Positions 8,719 to 16,731 of a stretch of 64,000 nt of DNA are shown in pieces. The position numbers were made by a program, and so were the translations under genes. The stretch covers positions 54,472 through 118,471 of IMG/VR virus record IMGVR_UViG_3300007513_000013; one strand, 5' to 3'. The stretch's first letter is position 1, and each line of letters starts with the position of its first letter. The DNA comes from a virus. The notes beneath the pieces are model-generated. The model ran no database searches. It had not been told where the DNA came from and saw nothing but the letters and a program-made list of their open reading frames with translations.

Positions 8719-10863
8719 TTGTTTATTAAAAAGCTACTTTCCTTAATACTTTGTTTCTTTATAATTTTATTTTTTATCGTTTCATGTACAGATGAACAAG
8801 GAGGGGGCAGTGGGAAAAATGATGAAGATTTATATGCGTACCCCGAAATTTCTACAAAAGATACTTCTGAAGATTCTGAGGATGTATCTGAATCTGAAGA
8901 CGCGACTGAAGAAGTAGAAGAAGATACCTACTCTGTTTGGACCGATCCTTGTGTTGACTGCGCTTGGTATTTTTGTGGCAACCTAGATGTCATATGGCAA
9001 AAACAAATTTGTATCAATAACTGTGATGATCCCCCTACAATTGTTTTTGAAGGTGAGTGCGAAGAGCACTTAGAATGCAATCCCGCACAACTAATTTTAG
9101 AAGCAAACATTCCATGCACAACAGAAGATGGATATCCAGGCACAAAAGACAAGCTTTGCAACAAAGGGCAAATACAATATACAGACTGTAAATCAAGCTG
9201 CTCAGAGGAGATCTGTGACCTTTTAGACAACGATTGTGATGGTGACATCGATGAAGGCGTAAAGAACGCTTGTGGAGAGTGTGGGGACGTCCCAGAGGAG
9301 GTTTGTGACTTCATAGATAATGATTGTGATGGCGTAATTGACAATGGTGTCGCAAATGCGTGTGGTGGATGTGGAAAAGAACCAGAAGAGATATGTAATG
9401 GAATAGACGATAATTGTGATGGTGAAATTGATGAAGGTCAATTAAATGCGTGTGGAAAATGTGGACCAGTTGATGATGAAATTTGTGATGGTATTGATAA
9501 TGATTGCAACGGATTGATTGATGAAGATTTGATAGGAAAGTGTTCTACAGACTGTGAAGAAAATTTAAAATATTGTGTAGGTGGTCAGTGGATATGTACA
9601 GCAAAACAACCGCAACCGGAAGTATGTAATGGATTAGATGATGATTGTGACGGAAAAGCAGATGAAGGCTTAGATTGCTTGTGCACAATACAAGACATTG
9701 GTGTTTTATTTCCATGCCAAGAGGGTCCTTTGGTTTGCGGTGCGGGATATAAGACGTGTGAATGTGTTGATCCCAGCGATCCAACATGTGCCGAACTGCA
9801 GTTAACAGAGTGTTTAGCTGTATGTCATTGGCTTCCACAAACTACTGCACCCGGGACAATTTGCGATAAATATTTAGGTGAAGTAAAGCCAGAAGAATGT
9901 AATAATCATGATGACAACTGTAATCAACAAGTGGATGAAAACTTATTTGCAGGTTGTTATAGTGGGCCGCCAAAAACAATGTATGTTGGAATATGTATAC
10001 CAGGCGAAATGACGTGTTCTGCGGGCAGTTGGGGCAATTATGATGATAACAATCAATTCATTAAAAAACTGTGCTTAGGAGAGGTTACGCCGGAGCCAGA
10101 GGACATATGCAATGGTACAGATACAAATTGCGACGGTAAAATTGATGAAGACAAAGAATTAGAGCCTACAGACATATTGTTTATTGTTGATTTGTCTGGA
10201 TCTATGGTTGAAGAGATTAATGCGGTCATGACTGCTCTTAATAAGTTTGCAGCACACTACAGTGATTCCGATGTAGTAAAATGGGGCTTAGTTTTTACAG
10301 CGGCGCAAGATCCAACATGGAGCGAGCGCGTTGTTTTGCAAACAGACCTAGTTGATTTTCAAACCTTTGTTAACACATTCCAAAACTCTGGCTTTAGTCT
10401 AACCGGAGGGAACGAACAAAATTATGATGCAATTTACCTAGCTATTCATAATTTGGTTGCAGACGCCGATCTTCCTTATAAAATCTCTGATTTACAATGG
10501 GGCTGGGGATCTGTCGAATCAGTACCTCCCAAGGACCAATGGAACATTAGTTGGCGTGATGATGCAAAGCATGTCATAATTTTATTTTCCGACGAAGAAG
10601 GTCAATCTTATTTGACACCGGCACTCACTGAGGCAGATATGGTTAATATGATTAATGCTGCTGATGAGTTGGCTGTATATACTTTCACTTCTCCGATGGT
10701 AATGAGCAGTGGGTGGGGGAATTCTTACGTACCGCTGGCTCAGGCAGGCGTTGGTGGAAAAGTTTATGAATTAACGATGAAGGCCATTGAAATGTATAAC
10801 AGTCTTTTAGAAATTCTAGATGAGACTGCATGTGGAAATAGCGTAAAAAATAATAATCCTTGA
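8719..10863 (+). CDS. Lipoprotein with seven Cys/Asp-rich 'putative metal-binding' (MopE-like) repeats and a C-terminal vWA domain
   Basis: Signal peptide with lipobox IVS-C; repeats E[IV]C[DN]xxD[ND][DN]C[DN]GxxDE; vWA MIDAS DILFIVDLSGSM, GGNEQNYDAI, IILFSDEE. Confidence 0.85.
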   Translation: MFIKKLLSLILCFFIILFFIVSCTDEQGGGSGKNDEDLYAYPEISTKDTSEDSEDVSESEDATEEVEEDTYSVWTDPCVDCAWYFCGNLDVIWQKQICINNCDDPPTIVFEGECEEHLECNPAQLILEANIPCTTEDGYPGTKDKLCNKGQIQYTDCKSSCSEEICDLLDNDCDGDIDEGVKNACGECGDVPEEVCDFIDNDCDGVIDNGVANACGGCGKEPEEICNGIDDNCDGEIDEGQLNACGKCGPVDDEICDGIDNDCNGLIDEDLIGKCSTDCEENLKYCVGGQWICTAKQPQPEVCNGLDDDCDGKADEGLDCLCTIQDIGVLFPCQEGPLVCGAGYKTCECVDPSDPTCAELQLTECLAVCHWLPQTTAPGTICDKYLGEVKPEECNNHDDNCNQQVDENLFAGCYSGPPKTMYVGICIPGEMTCSAGSWGNYDDNNQFIKKLCLGEVTPEPEDICNGTDTNCDGKIDEDKELEPTDILFIVDLSGSMVEEINAVMTALNKFAAHYSDSDVVKWGLVFTAAQDPTWSERVVLQTDLVDFQTFVNTFQNSGFSLTGGNEQNYDAIYLAIHNLVADADLPYKISDLQWGWGSVESVPPKDQWNISWRDDAKHVIILFSDEEGQSYLTPALTEADMVNMINAADELAVYTFTSPMVMSSGWGNSYVPLAQAGVGGKVYELTMKAIEMYNSLLEILDETACGNSVKNNNP

Positions 10864-10896
10864 CAAAAACAAATTAATATATAAGAATAGTAATAT

Positions 10897-11292
10897 ATGA
10901 AAAACATTAAACTTAATAGCATATTGAAAACATGCGATGATTCTAAAATTGAAACCTACATTAACAACATACCAGAACCTTGGAGTCATAATAAAAAAAT
11001 AGCAGTACTGCTTATAACACTAGCCATATTAAATATTTTTGATGCATTGTGCACGCAACATCTTATTTCTGTGGGTGGAATGAAAGAGTTTAATCCACTT
11101 ATGCTGAGTTTGCTTAAAATGAGCGATGGTATATTTATTTTTGCAAAGCTGTTTGTTGGCTTCTTAGGTATTGGAATTCTATGGCGTTACAGAGAAAATA
11201 TTTTAGTATATCTATTAACAATTCCTCTTGTAATGCTATATACTTTTATTGGGGCAATGCACATAGCTTTGCTTATACGATACTATCAATAA
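10897..11292 (+). CDS. Membrane protein, DUF5658-like
   Basis: LNIFDALCT...GGMKEFNPLM motif and three to four hydrophobic helices. Confidence 0.65.
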   Translation: MKNIKLNSILKTCDDSKIETYINNIPEPWSHNKKIAVLLITLAILNIFDALCTQHLISVGGMKEFNPLMLSLLKMSDGIFIFAKLFVGFLGIGILWRYRENILVYLLTIPLVMLYTFIGAMHIALLIRYYQ

Positions 11293-11307
11293 AATTGGAA
11301 ATTAAAT

Positions 11308-11574
11308 ATGAAAACTACTATAAAATATGTGGTTGCTAGCGTTTTAGCTTTTGCTATAGGCGCTAGCGGAGCTTATTATGCAACTACACACAAATATGAA
11401 GCCAAGATTGTGCAACATCAAAAGACCATTGATGACGCTGCAGCACAAATTAGTTCTTTTTGTGAAGGACAGAAAGTTGGAGACATAAGGATTACTAGGG
11501 CTCTATGTGGCGATGTTAAAGAATATTGTCTCTGTGTACATCCAGATAAATTTCGCGCAGATTTTCATCAATAA
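11308..11574 (+). CDS. Small secreted/membrane-anchored hypothetical protein
   Basis: N-terminal hydrophobic segment, four Cys in the C-terminal half. Confidence 0.7.
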   Translation: MKTTIKYVVASVLAFAIGASGAYYATTHKYEAKIVQHQKTIDDAAAQISSFCEGQKVGDIRITRALCGDVKEYCLCVHPDKFRADFHQ

Positions 11575-11579
11575 CGTTC

Positions 11580-11616
11580 TGTTATAATGGTATAAAGCAA
11601 TTGCTTAAACTATTTA
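11580..11616 (+). promoter_or_regulatory. Extended -10 (TGtTATAAT, 11580-11588), 12-bp palindrome AAGCAATTGCTT (11595-11606) and CTATTTA motif (11610-11616)
   Basis: Read directly in the intergenic region before ATG 11635. Confidence 0.45.
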
Positions 11617-11634
11617 TTTACAGAGGTTTTTTGT

Positions 11635-13506
11635 ATGTCGTCCAAAAATGTATATACTCTTTTCAAAACATTGCGTGAGTACCTTAGTGAAGAAACGGTA
11701 CAACTAGATATATCCTTACCAGAAGAAGAAAATGTCGGAGAAATTGAAGCCAAAGAAGCTCGATGGGTCGATAACTTATCTGATAGTGACCCGGGCGTAT
11801 TCAATTTAAAGCTAGTAAAATCACAATTCAAGTCTCCCAAAAAAGATATGCTACAGGAACAGGGTTTACATGGATTTGACTTGCCATGGGCGTGGAAAGA
11901 TAAAATATTAGCACTGGCTCCGCCTGCAGAACCTGTGGATTCAGTTCCGGGCGGCGTGATTCTTCCCGGACCTCAAAAAGCCAAAGAAAATCCACTCAAA
12001 GGCACAGATTTGGAGCACATCCAGCCAGAAGTGACACACCCAAAAGAACTGGCTGGTCAATATATAATAGAGCCTTTCGAAATCACTGCTCGTTCTAAAG
12101 AAGAGCAAGATAAAGCATATAAAGACTCACTTAAACAAGTTTTTTTACCGCCGTCCGGACTGAAAGATTCTTCTGAGACGGGATATACAGCCGGGCGTAA
12201 ATGGAGGCAATATGGAGAGTCGCGAATGGCGCGAATGTTGACTGATGTTGCACAAGAGTGGAAAAATAATCAAGAAGATTTAGTCGACGAAAAGGGAAGG
12301 TGGGGCCCCATTGAATATTGGGATGTGTCCAAAAAGGGAGGGGGCGAGTTTCCACCGCATGTCAGCCACCAATCAGGGAGAGATGTTGATATCGCAACGT
12401 TTCTCAAATCAAAGGCCCGCGGCTCTGCTAATATGGCCACCATTAGTACCGTTGATATGTATAGGATGTATAGGTTGGCTGAAATGTATATTAATTGGTC
12501 AGCGGATAATCCGGAGCCGCACTGGATTGACAAAGAAACAGGACTAGCTAAAAATCCGATGGTGATATTCTGGAATCAAGAATTAATTGATGCAACAAGA
12601 AAATGGGCAGAAAAAAAACACAAAGTGAATGGTGAGTGGGTATACAAAAACAATGTCAGCGAAATGACCAATGATGCAATGTTTGGCACGTGCACAAAAC
12701 GGAATTCTCGGGAGGAGTGCGTAAAGCGCAAAAAAACATCTGATGTTAACAGGGGGCCGCGGACGTTTCGTCATGAACCTGGACATGCAAACCATTATCA
12801 TATACGTACAGACCGAAGTTATGGAAAAAGAAACAAAATAAGATATGCAAACAAAGGTGAAAAACCATCTGTTTATATGCCTCCGCCTGAGCCGGAAGGG
12901 TTTGATCCAAAGGTGCGCATGAAAACTGCAGAGGATGAAGCAAGAGAATGGAAATGGAACGACAAGACACAACAGTGGGAAAATATGTTTGAGGGCGGCG
13001 CGGAGCAGGTTTATAACGTAGGCGGCGGAGGGCGGCCAGATCAAACAGTCCCAGTACCAGTGCCGACGCAAAAACTGTCGACGGTGCCCCCCAGTAATAA
13101 AATTAAAAAAGCGGCAAAAAAGAAGAGGCGGCACCGGGGCGTTTTTAAAAAGGCACCTAGTGGGCCCGAGACTATGAAAAACCTTATTAAGAGTGGGATA
13201 TATGGGCCATTGGATGAGCAGATGGGGGCGCCCATGGATCCTATTCAGCAACAAATTCAAATGTCCGTAATGGCAGCACAAGAACAACTCGGTCCTTTGT
13301 TTGGTCAGTTGCAAGGAATGATTGTGCAAATGCGCACTTTAAACACCCCAGCAGCCAATCAAGAGGTAAAAAAGCAAACTAATAGAATTGAACTAATTAC
13401 TAATGACTTAAACGACGGAGATATTGATGTCATGGCCGCAATTGGTCAATTGGGTAACATTGCAAACGACATGGGCAAGAAAATGCAAAAGTTAACACAA
13501 GGGTAG
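11635..13506 (+). CDS. Putative virion protein with penicillin-insensitive murein endopeptidase (MepA/M74, LAS family) domain
   Basis: YG...M-A-R-M-L, DVSKKGGGEFPPHVSHQSGRDVDI (H at 12358) and GHANHYHIR (HxH at 12793-12801). Confidence 0.8.
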   Translation: MSSKNVYTLFKTLREYLSEETVQLDISLPEEENVGEIEAKEARWVDNLSDSDPGVFNLKLVKSQFKSPKKDMLQEQGLHGFDLPWAWKDKILALAPPAEPVDSVPGGVILPGPQKAKENPLKGTDLEHIQPEVTHPKELAGQYIIEPFEITARSKEEQDKAYKDSLKQVFLPPSGLKDSSETGYTAGRKWRQYGESRMARMLTDVAQEWKNNQEDLVDEKGRWGPIEYWDVSKKGGGEFPPHVSHQSGRDVDIATFLKSKARGSANMATISTVDMYRMYRLAEMYINWSADNPEPHWIDKETGLAKNPMVIFWNQELIDATRKWAEKKHKVNGEWVYKNNVSEMTNDAMFGTCTKRNSREECVKRKKTSDVNRGPRTFRHEPGHANHYHIRTDRSYGKRNKIRYANKGEKPSVYMPPPEPEGFDPKVRMKTAEDEAREWKWNDKTQQWENMFEGGAEQVYNVGGGGRPDQTVPVPVPTQKLSTVPPSNKIKKAAKKKRRHRGVFKKAPSGPETMKNLIKSGIYGPLDEQMGAPMDPIQQQIQMSVMAAQEQLGPLFGQLQGMIVQMRTLNTPAANQEVKKQTNRIELITNDLNDGDIDVMAAIGQLGNIANDMGKKMQKLTQG

Positions 13507-13509
13507 ACA

Positions 13510-16500
13510 ATGTTAGATATATTTAATGAATCAGAACATCCTTTAGAGGGGCTAGAAGAATTAATTCAAGATCTTTTTTCATTTTCTAATGAAAGATTTG
13601 GATTCCAGAGACCTCCCAGTTTATTTCTTAGGTCTGATTCAGAAAACGCAAAAAACGCATTAGGTAGAACCGGTTCTTACGACCCGTCAAAAATGGAAAT
13701 TATGATCTTTGTAGATAAGCGACACCCAAAAGATATTTTGCGCTCTATATCTCACGAACTAATCCACCATATGCAAAACTTAAGAGGTGATTTTGAACAT
13801 GAATTCGACACATCAGAAGGATATGCCCAAAACGATCCACACCTAAGAAACATGGAAGAAGAGGCTTATTCTGCTGGAAATCTGTGTTTCAGAGATTGGG
13901 AAGACTCACGAAAACAACAATTAGCAGAATCAATATGTTATAACAATATTATAGGAGGAGATGACATGTCAGAGGATAAAAGAATTCCACTGAAAGAGTG
14001 GAAAAATGCAGAACTTAATTCACAATTGATGAAGAAGTTTGGTCTTGTAAATGAAGAATCAGGTGCAGGAGCCGAGCAACTTTATCACGAAGAAACCACT
14101 GCAGAAAATGTTAGTGGCGAAGAAACCCTAGAAGAAGACGAAGAACCAGAGAGTACCAACTTCTCTACAACCTTAAATGAGAGAAAAGAACTTGTTGTAG
14201 AGAAGAGGGCTGAATATTATCGTGCTCCAGGGGAAAATTATAGATTTGATCGGGATGAAGCCAATAAAGGCAAGGGTGGAGTGTATTCGCAAAATATTGC
14301 GCAAGTATATGATCGCTGTGTTGCAGAGGAAGATCAAGATTGTATAGACGATCTTGAAATGTCCGGAGATATATATCAATGGGCTGACCGGCAGGGTAGA
14401 GCAGCCAAAAAGGCAAAACAATATTGTATATGGGGCCATTGCTTTCCCCTGTCTTCTAAAAAGAAGCCAAAAGGGAAGCCTAAAAAGAAGCCAAAAGGGA
14501 CATATCAAGAAGGTATTGCATCCTATCTCCCTGTCCACCCTGACAAGCTTAAAACACTTTTAAACGAAGGCTGGCTTGAAGATTGGTGGCGAAGTTCCAC
14601 AGGGCAATCCGGACAGTCTATTCAAGTGGGGCCCGGCCAGAAACAATACCAGAAGGTTCTGAATCAAGGCGCTTGGGTTGATGTTCCGAAGGGTACGTAT
14701 GAACTTCCGGATTATGTTACACCTGCAGACGTGGCGCCTTATATGTATCATAAAGGTGGAAATCCGGCGGCAGAGGCCGCAGAGCATGCCAAACGACGGC
14801 TAAATCCATCATATGGAGCGGTGGATTTTCACGCCCCTCTAAAAGCCGGTCCTTCTGACGTCGAGATGATTCGTAGACATCAGAACCCTAGGCAAAACAT
14901 GGCATATGCCAATCAGCAAATTGCTAAATTACCGGGTGGAAAACAAAGGATGACTACTTTAACCCCCACTGAAGAATTTGCTATAGACATGGGATTAAGC
15001 GCGCTCGATATATACGGTGGTTTTGGGGCGCTAAAATGGGCTAGAGCAATGAAAGCAGCTAAAGCAGCAGAAGAAGCGGCAAGGGTATCCAGAATTGTGA
15101 AATCTGGGGAGAAAGTGGCGCCAAAATTTGGTGTACCTCCGGAATTACCACCACCTCGAAAACCTGCTGAGTTGCCGCACACAGTTATTGATCCAGATGA
15201 TGTATATTACATACTCGATGACGCCGACATTATATCTTCAACGAAATCAAAGCCTGTGCAGCCTCCGCCAGTGCCAAAACCCGTGCGACCACCGCCGGTA
15301 CCGGTCGAAAAGGCGGCGATGAGTCTAGATGACCTTCCGGTGGTGACTGCGGCAATGAGAGGCGAAGAAGCGGCGCAACTTAGTAAGTGGCAAAGAATTA
15401 AAGATTGGACTAAAGATTTGCCCGTTAAAATAAAAGAGGCATCCGGAAAGGCATGGGAGGCTACAAAAACAGGAGCAAGAAAGACAGGTGAATATTTAGA
15501 TCCCAGGACTACGAAATTTCCTACCACATTCAATCAACTTCTTGGGCCGGGTAAACAAAAGTTCTTCAGTAATAGAACTGCATTGAACCTTTTTGCTACT
15601 GCAGCTGGAACCGGTGCTAGCGCAGAAGCTCTATATTATTGGTTTGGTGGCGATGGTCCGTTCATTGAACATGAAGAGGGTAAGAATTATCCATCAAACG
15701 CTATCTTACAAAAAGATCCAAAATCAGGTGAGGTGGTTTCTTATTACCTAACCCGAGAACAGTTTATGGGCGAACCCAGATCGTTTTTTGATCGTACACC
15801 AGATCCCACAAAGTTCGTTAAAGTGTGGACTACAAATGGCAGAGAAGCCAATGATTTAGTTGAAGGTCTTTACGCAGAACAGCACAGAAAAGAGTTTTTT
15901 GCTAAGGTTGGTAATTCTGAAGCTTCTATGAAAGATTACACAGAACTCCGAGAGAAACAACTAGCAGGATTTAAACAATTATATGATGACGGTCGCGTAA
16001 ATAAAGCGGTGCTTGATGCAAAACTAAGACAAATAATGGCAGAATACAAATTAGTAACTAAAACGAAGGAGAAGAGTAAAGTTGATTGGCAACTGACAAC
16101 ACCCGAGCAAAAAGAACTTGTCCGGACTTATTTAAGATCATTAATGTTAGAAGATTATGTCCGAGAGTTTGGGCCGGGTGCAGTTCCAGGGATTGGAGAA
16201 ATATACACGTTCACAGACTATAAAGGTCAAAGAGTAAAGATAGAAAGCTCTGAGGATGATGGCGATAGTTACGGCATAAAAATAATTGGAGTTGAAGATC
16301 CTGATGGTGACGGCCCCTTAACAAAAAAAGATGCGGAAGAGAAAATAAAAAGAAACTGGGTGCTTGGACATATTGGGGGTCGCGAAGATCAGTGGTCTCA
16401 AGGAATGCATTTCCCAATTGCACAGACCGGAAAGCCAAAACACCCTATCCTATACACCCCTCAATCTGAACGTGAGTGGCGAAAGGGATATTTTGCTAAC

Positions 16501-16731
16501 TTATTTGGCGATGATGAACCTGCCGGCTTAAGACCTCCTCGCTCTCCAGCTCTTATGGACAGGAAAACCAGAATGACGGATGAGGAAGAGGTACGCAAAG
16601 AAGATGAGTATGTATACGAAAACAAGGCCCAGGCACTCTTTAAAAAACCCTACAATGAACTAGGCGAAGACGATAAACAAAAAGTTCGCGATGCTGTCGA
16701 GCTAGACGAACTTGAGTGGGTTAACGAATAA
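13510..16731 (+). CDS. 1073-aa modular putative virion protein with N-terminal zincin-like (HELIH) domain
   Basis: GSYDP...DILRSISHELIHHMQ (H at 13753)...MEEEAY; remainder is low-complexity and Pro-rich with no recognisable family. Confidence 0.75.
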   Translation: MLDIFNESEHPLEGLEELIQDLFSFSNERFGFQRPPSLFLRSDSENAKNALGRTGSYDPSKMEIMIFVDKRHPKDILRSISHELIHHMQNLRGDFEHEFDTSEGYAQNDPHLRNMEEEAYSAGNLCFRDWEDSRKQQLAESICYNNIIGGDDMSEDKRIPLKEWKNAELNSQLMKKFGLVNEESGAGAEQLYHEETTAENVSGEETLEEDEEPESTNFSTTLNERKELVVEKRAEYYRAPGENYRFDRDEANKGKGGVYSQNIAQVYDRCVAEEDQDCIDDLEMSGDIYQWADRQGRAAKKAKQYCIWGHCFPLSSKKKPKGKPKKKPKGTYQEGIASYLPVHPDKLKTLLNEGWLEDWWRSSTGQSGQSIQVGPGQKQYQKVLNQGAWVDVPKGTYELPDYVTPADVAPYMYHKGGNPAAEAAEHAKRRLNPSYGAVDFHAPLKAGPSDVEMIRRHQNPRQNMAYANQQIAKLPGGKQRMTTLTPTEEFAIDMGLSALDIYGGFGALKWARAMKAAKAAEEAARVSRIVKSGEKVAPKFGVPPELPPPRKPAELPHTVIDPDDVYYILDDADIISSTKSKPVQPPPVPKPVRPPPVPVEKAAMSLDDLPVVTAAMRGEEAAQLSKWQRIKDWTKDLPVKIKEASGKAWEATKTGARKTGEYLDPRTTKFPTTFNQLLGPGKQKFFSNRTALNLFATAAGTGASAEALYYWFGGDGPFIEHEEGKNYPSNAILQKDPKSGEVVSYYLTREQFMGEPRSFFDRTPDPTKFVKVWTTNGREANDLVEGLYAEQHRKEFFAKVGNSEASMKDYTELREKQLAGFKQLYDDGRVNKAVLDAKLRQIMAEYKLVTKTKEKSKVDWQLTTPEQKELVRTYLRSLMLEDYVREFGPGAVPGIGEIYTFTDYKGQRVKIESSEDDGDSYGIKIIGVEDPDGDGPLTKKDAEEKIKRNWVLGHIGGREDQWSQGMHFPIAQTGKPKHPILYTPQSEREWRKGYFANLFGDDEPAGLRPPRSPALMDRKTRMTDEEEVRKEDEYVYENKAQALFKKPYNELGEDDKQKVRDAVELDELEWVNE

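Noticed and set aside
10860-10890. sigma70 promoter at TTGACA 10860-10865
   Set aside because: There is no TAxxxT -10 hexamer at a 16-18 nt spacing, so it was not called.
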